Shown here: positions 56,883 through 64,000 of the stretch, in pieces
How the letters are laid out: every line of letters starts with the position of its first letter
How positions within the stretch are numbered: position 1 is the stretch's first letter
DNA from: a virus
Virus record (IMG/VR): IMGVR_UViG_3300036819_000087
Span: 1-64,000 of that record
DNA: 64,000 nucleotides
Reading direction: 5' to 3' (one strand)
Position numbers and translations under genes: made by a program
Notes under the pieces: generated by a model
Databases searched by the model: none
Told to the model about the DNA's origin: nothing
The model's input: the letters and a program-made list of their open reading frames with translations, nothing else

Positions 56883-57106
56883 CCCGCGCTCCTCAGCGAC
56901 TGGGGGGGCCGACCGCAGCGTGCGCAGAAGATCCGGCGACGGTGGCGGATCAGGCTGTCCTCCGGGTGGCAGGGCGATGGTGCAAGTTCCCGGGAACTGG
57001 CGGAGGGGTTGCCGCCAGTCATGCCCCAGGCGGCTTGTGCACGGGCGAGGGCGGCTGCCCCCGCGCGCCGATTGGGCTTGACGAACCTGGTTGCTACAGT
57101 GGCCAT
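56879..57106 (-). CDS. Small hypothetical protein
   Basis: AGGAAGG RBS; CH...CxxC. Confidence 0.5.
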   Translation of the reverse strand: MATVATRFVKPNRRAGAAALARAQAAWGMTGGNPSASSRELAPSPCHPEDSLIRHRRRIFCARCGRPPQSLRSAG

Positions 57107-57199
57107 GTCGTTTCCTTCCTGGGCGGATGGGGCGATGTGGTGAGCAGGGCGACGGCCGCGGAGTGAGGGCTCCGTGGCCGTTCGCGTTGTAGGAGCAGT

Positions 57200-57442
57200 T
57201 CATGCGGGCACCGCCGACAGGCCGGGGCGTGCGGGGCGGAGCCGGGTGCGGGCGATGTAGGCGTCATAGGACGCCACCGTCACGCGGAGGGTGCGGCCGA
57301 ACTGATTCGCGACCAGTTCACCGGAGTGGATCAGGCCACGGACCCAGTCCTCGTCCCGGTCCCACGCGGCCGCGATCGCCTGAACCGAATAGAACGGGTC
57401 AGGTGCGGGGGCCGCTTGCGTCTCGGCGGGGGATTCACTCAC
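57200..57442 (-). CDS. Excisionase/Cro-like HTH_17 DNA-binding protein
   Basis: FYSVQAIAAAWDRDEDWVRGLIHSGEL.A.QFGRTLRV. Confidence 0.8.
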   Translation of the reverse strand: MSESPAETQAAPAPDPFYSVQAIAAAWDRDEDWVRGLIHSGELVANQFGRTLRVTVASYDAYIARTRLRPARPGLSAVPA

Positions 57443-57534
57443 CCGTGGGACCACCTCTCTGGACCTGGCAGGCCCGGAAGGCACCTCGGTTCACCGCAAG
57501 TGCCCTCACGGACCCGCATAAGCCGGTTTGGTAA

Positions 57535-57567
57535 TGACAGTACAGACCGAACGGACCGAACTGTCAA
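57535..57567. promoter_or_regulatory. Divergent control region with operator
   Basis: TGACAGT...ACTGTCA inverted repeat enclosing GACCGAAC x2; minus-strand TTGACA-N19-TACTGT. Confidence 0.55.
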
Positions 57568-57633
57568 TGGGTTCGGGAAAGTCCGGGTTACGCTTTCCGG
57601 TGGCAACCGAGGCGACCAGGGAGGACCCGGGCA

Positions 57634-58383
57634 GTGACCGAGTGGGAGAAAATCGCCAGCGACCTGCGGCGGAAGATCGAGGCGGGGGAGTTCACCGACG
57701 GGCGTCTGCCGACGGAACGGGACCTCGCCGAGGAGTACGAGGTGGCGCGGCCCACCGTTCAGCGGGCGCTGGTCAGCCTCACCAACGACGGGCTCCTCGA
57801 ACCGGGGCAGGGCCGGCGGGGCCGGCGGATCCGCCGGAACCGGCCGCTGGTATTCCATGTGCTGCGGTCAGAGTCACCGGCGGCGATCGCCGAGCACGCG
57901 GCGGCCGGGGTTGACTCGTGGACGGCCGCCGCGACCGAACAGGACCGGGCCGGCGGGCAGCAGATCTCGGTGGCGATCGAGGAGGCCAGCGCCAGCATCG
58001 CCGCCCACCTCGGCATCGGCCAGGGCGGCGAGGTCACTGTCCGGCGCCGGGTCCGCACCCTCGATGGTGAACCGCACAACCTCGCCACCACCTACTACCC
58101 GCGGTCGCTGACCGGCGGGTCGGCGATCGAGGGGCCGGGGGATATCCCGCAGGGCACCATCGCGCTCCTGGGGGAGATGGGCTGGCCCCAGACCAGATCC
58201 CGCGACGAGATCGGCACCCGGATGCCGGCCCCGGCCGAACGGGAACAGCTTGAGGTGCCGCCCGGTGTCCCGGTGCTGGTCCACGTCCGTGTCGGGTACA
58301 GCGGGGACACCCCGGTCAAGGTGACAGTGACGATCTGGCCGGGGGACCGGGCCCGCCTGGTGTATGAGGACGGGGACGTGTGA
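57634..58383 (+). CDS. GntR/HutC-family regulator with UTRA domain (KorSA-like)
   Basis: LPTERDLAEEYEVARPTVQRAL wHTH plus UTRA-type C-terminus; divergent from the transfer operon. Confidence 0.92.
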   Translation: MTEWEKIASDLRRKIEAGEFTDGRLPTERDLAEEYEVARPTVQRALVSLTNDGLLEPGQGRRGRRIRRNRPLVFHVLRSESPAAIAEHAAAGVDSWTAAATEQDRAGGQQISVAIEEASASIAAHLGIGQGGEVTVRRRVRTLDGEPHNLATTYYPRSLTGGSAIEGPGDIPQGTIALLGEMGWPQTRSRDEIGTRMPAPAEREQLEVPPGVPVLVHVRVGYSGDTPVKVTVTIWPGDRARLVYEDGDV

Positions 58384-58946
58384 TGCCGTTCATCCACAAA
58401 GCCGAACCGGGTCACCTGGCCGAGGTCCACGACGTGCTCCACTCAGCGGCTGAGGACCTTCACCGGCGGGGCATCGATCAGTGGCCGGACGGGTCACCGA
58501 ACTTCGAGCCGGCCGCGCTGGCCACCCAGATCCGGCGGGGCGAGTTCTGGATGGTCCGGGACCGGGCACTGCTGCCGGTCGCGGTGATCGCCGTGTCCTA
58601 CCGCGGCGACCCCGATTTCTGGACCCCCGCCGAGCTGGCCGCCCACGCCGTGTACCTGTCGAAAGCGGCGATCCTGCCGCGTCTGCGCGGGTTGGGGCTC
58701 GGCGCGTCCCTGTTCCGGTGGGCGGTCGACCTGGGATGGCGGGAAGGCACCGACGTGGTCCGCCTCGACGCCTGGTCAGCGAACAAGCAGCTCCACGGCT
58801 ACTACCAGGCGCGGGGGTGGCGGTTCATCCGCAACGACCCTCCGGAAGGACGCCGGTCCGGGGCCCTGTTCGATCGGCCCGCGGTCCCGGACCCGGACGC
58901 GCGGCGCATGTTCCGGCGGGTGCCGCCGCCGGCGATGGCCCTCTAG
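58380..58946 (+). CDS. GNAT acetyltransferase
   Basis: RG.GLG motif A, VRLDAW..N..LHGYYQARGW. Confidence 0.88.
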   Translation: MMPFIHKAEPGHLAEVHDVLHSAAEDLHRRGIDQWPDGSPNFEPAALATQIRRGEFWMVRDRALLPVAVIAVSYRGDPDFWTPAELAAHAVYLSKAAILPRLRGLGLGASLFRWAVDLGWREGTDVVRLDAWSANKQLHGYYQARGWRFIRNDPPEGRRSGALFDRPAVPDPDARRMFRRVPPPAMAL

Positions 58947-58967
58947 CTGGACACGCCCACCTGGCCG

Positions 58968-59180
58968 ATGATGGCCGGTATGGGTGTCTTGCTGCTGATC
59001 GGGGCCGTGTTCGGTGTGCTAGCCGGGTGGCGGTTCAAAACCACCCACTATGCGTGGTTCGAGTGGCGGAAAACGGTCAACGCGGTGCCGATCCTGCGGA
59101 AGATCTTCTACGGGTCGGTGCGGGCTGTCGCCGGGTGGGCGGTCGCCGCCCTGATCCTGGTCATCGTCGCCGTGCACTGA
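58968..59180 (+). CDS. Small membrane protein
   Basis: Two hydrophobic segments. Confidence 0.55.
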   Translation: MMAGMGVLLLIGAVFGVLAGWRFKTTHYAWFEWRKTVNAVPILRKIFYGSVRAVAGWAVAALILVIVAVH

Positions 59181-59267
59181 CCCGACACGCCGGCCCGGTC
59201 CGGTCTTCTGGCGGGCCGGCGGGCTAGCCGGCCATGATGTGCGGTGACGAAAGGAGGCTGGCCCGGA

Positions 59268-59299
59268 TAAACGAAAACGCGCCCCCGATAGGGGCGCGC
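59268..59299 (-). terminator. Intrinsic terminator, minus strand
   Basis: GCGCCCC/GGGGCGC stem followed by TTTTCGTTT on the minus strand. Confidence 0.55.
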
Positions 59300-59745
59300 T
59301 GACAACTCGATACCTCTGGACCCCAGCCCGTGTGGTTGGCGCCGCGAGCGGCTGGTGGCCCGGTTTCCCATCCGATCTGGCTTGGCCCGTCGGGGCTTTG
59401 CAATGCCTGGAAGGCGCTGCCACGATAACACGCCCGCCGCGCCGGGGTGAAGCATGCCCCGCCGCCTATTACCCGCGCGTGTCGCGCGGGCCGCCCACCG
59501 CGCCCCGACCCATCTCTCGAGAGAGCTTTTGTCCGGTCTGGGTGCGTGGGGAGCTCGAAGGCGCGGCGCGGTGTGCCGTGACCTCCTTGCCTCGTGCCCC
59601 CGTAGTGGTTGGTCAGTGCCCCAGTTCTGGGGTGTGCCGCGGGGACACCAGCGGCGGGAAACGGCGACGGCACACGTGCCAGCCCCCGGTGATCTTGGGG
59701 GGAGGAGGGGGGGTGTGCCAGAGCCAAGGGCCACCCCACCACCCC

Positions 59746-59782
59746 TTGCGACTGTAATAAACTTGAGCTATGTTTACTACAG
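59746..59782 (+). promoter_or_regulatory. Promoter with overlapping inverted-repeat operator
   Basis: TTGCGA-N17-TATGTT; CTGTAATAAAC/GTTTACTACAG inverted repeat (1 mismatch). Confidence 0.65.
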
Positions 59783-59803
59783 CAACCGAGGAGAGGACCC
59801 CCG

Positions 59804-60136
59804 ATGATCACAGACGAGACACTCGAACGGCTCCGCGAGGACGCCACGCTGGCGCGGAACACGCCGCTGGCCACCCGCTGCGGGCAGGCCCTGCGCGGCG
59901 ACACCGCCGCCCGCCAGTCCATCGAGGAGGCCCTCACCGGGACGCCCCGGCCGGCCACCCTGTTCATCACCACCACCACCGGCCAGTTCGGCACCCTCGC
60001 CGCCTACATGGCGCGGGCCGCGATCTCCACCCAGCCCAGCACCTGCGACGACGAAGTCACGGTCGCTTTCCGCGCCACCCCCGACCAGGTCGCCGACCTG
60101 ACCGCGCTCGGTTTCACCGTGGAAGGCGGGGCCTGA
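59804..60136 (+). CDS. Hypothetical protein
   Basis: GCAACCGAGGAG motif upstream. Confidence 0.65.
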   Translation: MITDETLERLREDATLARNTPLATRCGQALRGDTAARQSIEEALTGTPRPATLFITTTTGQFGTLAAYMARAAISTQPSTCDDEVTVAFRATPDQVADLTALGFTVEGGA

Positions 60137-60138
60137 CT

Positions 60139-60699
60139 ATGTACGACATCGAGATCCGCACCGTCCGCGCCGACCCGGCCACCGCGATCAAGGGCCCCCA
60201 GGGCTGCGACCTCGCCACCATGGTCAACCTCGCCGGCGACACCGTGTACGGCGGGACCAGCGTCTATGTGACCGCCGTCTACCCCGAAGACTGGAACGAC
60301 GCCTACCTCGCCGGCGCGCCCGTGCCCTACCTGTGGGCCGGGGTCGGCCTCGTTGAGACCCCCGGTGAAGACAGCCCCAGCGGCATCCCCGCCCACGCCG
60401 CGATCTGGTGGGATGAGGTCGGCGGTGACGGTGTCCTGATCGGCGGCTACCCCGGCATCCACGAGACCATGGCCATGGCCCAGGTGCTCGGGCTCGCTGC
60501 CCGGATCGGCGACGACGCCGAGGAAACCTTCCACCATGAGGGTGGCGACGGCATCCCCTGCGGGGCGATCCCGGGCGGTCTGCTGCCGTACTACCCGGCC
60601 GAGCCGTGTGTGCGGCGGGACAGCCACCTCAGCGACCACGAAGACAAGGAAGGCCGCCACTGGGGCAACGGCCACGAGTGCGCGGCGGTGTCCCAGTGA
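60139..60699 (+). CDS. Hypothetical protein
   Basis: Natural composition; C-terminal C...H...H motif. Confidence 0.6.
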   Translation: MYDIEIRTVRADPATAIKGPQGCDLATMVNLAGDTVYGGTSVYVTAVYPEDWNDAYLAGAPVPYLWAGVGLVETPGEDSPSGIPAHAAIWWDEVGGDGVLIGGYPGIHETMAMAQVLGLAARIGDDAEETFHHEGGDGIPCGAIPGGLLPYYPAEPCVRRDSHLSDHEDKEGRHWGNGHECAAVSQ

Positions 60700-61337
60700 C
60701 CCGGCGGGTGGTGTCGGTCAGCCTGCCCGAGGACGTGGCGGTCCGCCTGGAAGCCGCGCTGGCCCGCCGCAAGGCCGACGGGCGGGAAACCGAGCGGAGC
60801 GCGTTCGTGGTCGAGGGGCTCCGTGGGCACCTCGACCGGGATGAGCGCGGCGACCGGGCGACCAGGTCGGCCGTTGAGGTTGTGGCCGGTGCGGACCTGA
60901 TCGTCCCAGCCGGGGCCGACACGCTCCGCCGTCACGCCTACCGCATCATCGTCCGGGAGGTCGTACAGCGATCCGAGGCCGGGCACGTGCATGTGTTCGG
61001 ACGCAGGTACCGGCTCGACGGTTCCCCGTCCCGGCGGGACCGGTCACCGAACCTGTACGCCATCCTTGACCCAACCCGTCTCCTGCCCGCCCCCCACCGA
61101 GACCGAGGCAACGTCATGACCGCCAGCATCGGGCCGTTCCCGCTCGACCTGGACGACGACGGCCGCTACGACCCCCGCCGCCCGTTCCGGGCGCTCAGCG
61201 CCGACCAGACCAGTACCGGTTGGGGGACCGCTCGCGCCGCCGCTCGCGCCCTCGGGAAGGATGGCGGCGCGGTGTACGTGTGGCGGCCCGTCGAAGGCCG
61301 ATGGAACCGGTACGAGACGGTACCCGCCGATGACTGA
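60696..61337 (+). CDS. RHH (CopG/Arc-like) N-terminal protein; possible internal start at 61116
   Basis: RVVSVSLPEDVAVRLEAA...RSAFVVEGL. Confidence 0.55.
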   Translation: MTRRVVSVSLPEDVAVRLEAALARRKADGRETERSAFVVEGLRGHLDRDERGDRATRSAVEVVAGADLIVPAGADTLRRHAYRIIVREVVQRSEAGHVHVFGRRYRLDGSPSRRDRSPNLYAILDPTRLLPAPHRDRGNVMTASIGPFPLDLDDDGRYDPRRPFRALSADQTSTGWGTARAAARALGKDGGAVYVWRPVEGRWNRYETVPADD

Positions 61338-61782
61338 AGCCCTGGTGCGTCCCCGGAGGCGGCCCTGCCGGACCTGCCCCTACCGGCGGGACGTGCCGCC
61401 GGGGATCTGGTCAGCCGAGGAATACGCGAAGCTGCCCCGCCACGACGGGGACGTGCCTGACCAGGCGATGGCCGGCGCGGATGGCCTGTTCTTCTGCCAC
61501 ACCGGGGACGGGTTCCTGTGCGCCGGGTGGGTCGGCTGCCACGACATGATCAGCCAGTTCGCGGTCCGCATCCATGCCCGGTTCCTCGACCTGCCCGCCA
61601 TCTACGACTACGTGTCCCCGGTGCCCCTGTTCAAGTCGGGGGCTGAGGCGGCGCTCCACGGCATCTCGAAGATCACCGACCCGGCGGCGGTGCGGGCCGC
61701 GCAGCGGTACGTGCTGCGGTTCGCGGCCCGCCGCGTCGCTCTCAAGGAAGACAACCGGAACAACCGAGGAGACCAGCAGTGA
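61330..61782 (+). CDS. DUF6283-like protein
   Basis: PCRTCPYRRDVP.GIW..EEYAKL...FFCH...CAGW. Confidence 0.75.
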   Translation: MTEALVRPRRRPCRTCPYRRDVPPGIWSAEEYAKLPRHDGDVPDQAMAGADGLFFCHTGDGFLCAGWVGCHDMISQFAVRIHARFLDLPAIYDYVSPVPLFKSGAEAALHGISKITDPAAVRAAQRYVLRFAARRVALKEDNRNNRGDQQ

Positions 61783-62177
61783 AGTACGCCATCGAGCGGT
61801 GGCGGTCGCCACGTCGCCGCACCGACAAGCCCCTGTCCCACACCGAAGCGGTCGACGTGCTCCGCAAGGGCAGCGACATCCAGGTCCTCGCCGTGTACGG
61901 GCAGGGGGAGGAGAAGCCAGCCGGGCGGCCGATCCCCGGCCTGGAAGCCGCCGTCGGCCACGCCCCCGCCGAAGGCCGGATCGACCCGCGCCTGTACCCG
62001 GTGATGGTCCAGTTCCCCGCCGGTGTGCAGTACGGGACCGGGCTGAACCACACCGCCCGCGAGGCCATGGCCCAGGCCGATGTGCTCCGCAAGGCGGCCC
62101 GGGCCGCCCTGGACGCCTACCCCGACGAGAACGAGGTGATCGCCGGCGAGATGGACGAGGCCAGCGACGGCGCCTGA
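61779..62177 (+). CDS. Hypothetical protein
   Basis: ACAACCGAGGAG motif upstream. Confidence 0.6.
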   Translation: MKYAIERWRSPRRRTDKPLSHTEAVDVLRKGSDIQVLAVYGQGEEKPAGRPIPGLEAAVGHAPAEGRIDPRLYPVMVQFPAGVQYGTGLNHTAREAMAQADVLRKAARAALDAYPDENEVIAGEMDEASDGA

Positions 62178-62202
62178 CCTCTCCCCGGGGGGTGGTTTCG
62201 CG

Positions 62203-62245
62203 GCCCCGGCCAGCCCTGTACAGGGCTGGCCGGGGCTGTTTCGTT
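62203..62245 (+). terminator. 34-bp perfect palindrome / terminator
   Basis: GCCCCGGCCAGCCCTGT-ACAGGGCTGGCCGGGGC followed by TGTTTCGTT. Confidence 0.65.
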
Positions 62246-62348
62246 ACCTGTCTTGCGGCCAGATGCACCCCGAACGGGGGGACAGCGCAAGGTCCCCGCC
62301 CTATGCTGTGCTTTGCCTTGGTTCACAGCAATGGGGGGGACCTGTCCC

Positions 62349-63410
62349 ATGAATGCTACCGAGCCCAGTCCCGGTATGCGTACGAACGGCCACGGTGATC
62401 CGCGCCGGGCCCGGTGGCTGGCGTTCCGCGCTGACCATCCCGGCTGGCAGATCAGCCGGCACCCGGCCCGCGGCGGCTGGTCTTATACGGCGGTCGCCCG
62501 CCACCACGGCATGCAGCCGCCGGTGGCCCGGGCCCGCACGCTCGGCCAGCTCGGCGGGATGCTCGAACCGGACGGCATGATGCCGCTCGACGCTTCGGTG
62601 CCGAACGCGGCCCGCATCTACGACTACTGGCTCGGCGGGAAAGACAACTTCGCCGCCGACCGGGAAGTCGCCCGGCAGGTCCTGACCGCCCAGCCGGACG
62701 TGGCCCGCCTGGCCCGCGCGAACCGGGCGTTCACCACCCGCGCTGTCGAATGGGCGTGCCGGGGCGGTGTCGGCCAGGTCCTCGACCTCGGCGCCGGGAT
62801 GCCCACCGAAGCCCGCCACCTCGACGGCCGGCCCTCCCACGAATGGGAACCCACCCACGTCGCCGCCCAGTCCGGGTGGCCGGGGGCCCGCTGCCTGTAC
62901 ATCGACTATGACCCGGTCGTGGTCCGCCACATCTGGGCGATGTACCCCAACCCGGGTGACGGGCCGGTCCTGGTCGACGCGGCCGGGGGGGACCTGCGCG
63001 ACCCGGACGTGATCTGGTCGCTGGGCGCGGTCCGCACCATGCTCGACCTGGACCGGCCGCTGGTCCTGGTCCTGACCGCCGTCCTGCATTTCATGCCCCC
63101 CGACGTGGCCCGTGAGATCGTCGCCGCCTACGTTGACCAGCTCGCGGCCGGCTCTTACGTGGTCCTGTCCTCGTGCTGCGACGCCGCCGGGGGGGATGCG
63201 GTCACTGAGGCGTACAACACGAGCGACGCCCCCACCCTCCACAATTTCACCCGCGGCCAGATCGGTGATCTGCTGGACGGGCTCGTACCTGTAGTGCCGG
63301 GACTGGTCGCGGTTGACCGGTGGCTGCCGGGCTGGGACGAGCCGCGTCTGGCCACCGGTGGGCAGGCGGGTGTTCTCGCCGCGGTCGGCTGGAAAAAGCC
63401 ACCGCCGTAG
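62349..63410 (+). CDS. Actinobacterial SAM-dependent methyltransferase (Methyltransf_19/DUF574 type)
   Basis: PNAARIYDYWLGGKDNFAADR, QVLDLGAGMPT, YIDYDPVV and AVLHF motifs. Confidence 0.92.
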   Translation: MNATEPSPGMRTNGHGDPRRARWLAFRADHPGWQISRHPARGGWSYTAVARHHGMQPPVARARTLGQLGGMLEPDGMMPLDASVPNAARIYDYWLGGKDNFAADREVARQVLTAQPDVARLARANRAFTTRAVEWACRGGVGQVLDLGAGMPTEARHLDGRPSHEWEPTHVAAQSGWPGARCLYIDYDPVVVRHIWAMYPNPGDGPVLVDAAGGDLRDPDVIWSLGAVRTMLDLDRPLVLVLTAVLHFMPPDVAREIVAAYVDQLAAGSYVVLSSCCDAAGGDAVTEAYNTSDAPTLHNFTRGQIGDLLDGLVPVVPGLVAVDRWLPGWDEPRLATGGQAGVLAAVGWKKPPP

Positions 63411-63766
63411 AGGCGCCCACGCGCGGGCTCTGCCGCCGGGAGCGTGCTGACCCGCGCGTGGGTCTCGGGCCTGGCCAGCCAGCGGAACGGCATTCCGCCG
63501 ACTCCACCCACCCACGGGAGCCTCTGACACAGGCCCGCGGGCTGGCCGGGCCCCACGGGTGAACCGCTTGTGCCCGGACAGGGCGCCGCGTATCGTCCGG
63601 GTTACGAGGCATCGACGGTGACCCCTTTACCCCAAGGGGGGGTTGTCCGCACGCCGCGCCGCTGAGGAAACGCGGGCCTCACACCTCAGCCGAGAAGGCC
63701 GCCAGTTACCCCCGTACTGGCGGCCTTCCGCCGTCGTTGTCACCCCCCGCCAGTACCGTCCGGGCC

Positions 63767-63943
63767 ATGGATGCTCCCGCGCCGGTTCCCGTGGCCGACC
63801 TGGCCGACTTGGACACTGATGTCCTGTGCGGTGAGTGCGGGGCGCTGAAACGGTGGCGGCTCCGCGCCGTGCTGACCGGCTGCCCTGAATGCGACGTGGT
63901 GGTCGCGCGTCTACTGGCCGCCGCTGCCCGCCTGGTCCGGTGA
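63767..63943 (+). CDS. Small Zn-ribbon protein
   Basis: CGECG...CPEC; TACCGT 7 nt before ATG. Confidence 0.4.
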   Translation: MDAPAPVPVADLADLDTDVLCGECGALKRWRLRAVLTGCPECDVVVARLLAAAARLVR

Positions 63944-64000
63944 CGGGACCGGGGTGGGCTGGCCGTCCTGGCCACGGCCGCCACGGTGATGGCGGCCGTG

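Larger units (their letters stand above)
1..63943. mobile_element. Actinobacterial siphovirus-like phage/prophage (partial; both ends outside window)
   Basis: Terminase, portal, MuF, prohead protease, capsid, tail tube, tail chaperone with frameshift site and tape measure start in co-oriented order; WhiB and very high GC point to an Actinomycetota host. Confidence 0.95.

Noticed and set aside
33-63984. Numerous long shadow ORFs (e.g. 14515-16521 +, 19374-21767 -, 31163-32884 +, 41731-43590 +)
   Set aside because: Arg/Gly/Pro-rich translations overlapping well-supported genes; expected from stop-codon scarcity in high-GC DNA

Overview
High-GC actinobacterial phage or prophage, siphovirus-type, with most genes on the minus strand. 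From right to left it has five parts. (1) A plus-strand accessory and regulatory arm at 57.6-63.9 kb: GntR/UTRA regulator, GNAT acetyltransferase, RHH protein, DUF6283-like protein and SAM methyltransferase. (2) A Streptomyces-type conjugation-like module at 46-57.5 kb: Xis-like HTH, WhiB, NlpC/P60, lytic transglycosylase, TraB/FtsK translocase with a repeat locus just downstream, a DUF2637/Spd-like protein and a RapZ-C-like protein. (3) HNH protein, late regulators, a ParB-methyltransferase fusion and both terminase subunits at 39-46 kb. (4) An unusually expanded head module at 11-33 kb. The portal, three stand-alone proteins and the 1210-aa prohead protease share an 11-aa K-[VE]-G-P-[HE]-G-Y-x-H-G-[WY] tag, and the cluster carries two ADP-ribosyltransferases, a HipA/PI3K-like kinase and a NUDIX hydrolase. 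(5) Capsid, decoration, neck and tail genes down to the start of the tape measure gene at the left edge. No integrase, replicase or canonical lysis cassette is visible in the window. The two best candidates for undescribed systems are the tagged, probably Lys-protease-processed virion effector cassette and the phage/TraB-conjugation hybrid. All calls come from manual motif reading; no database searches were run.
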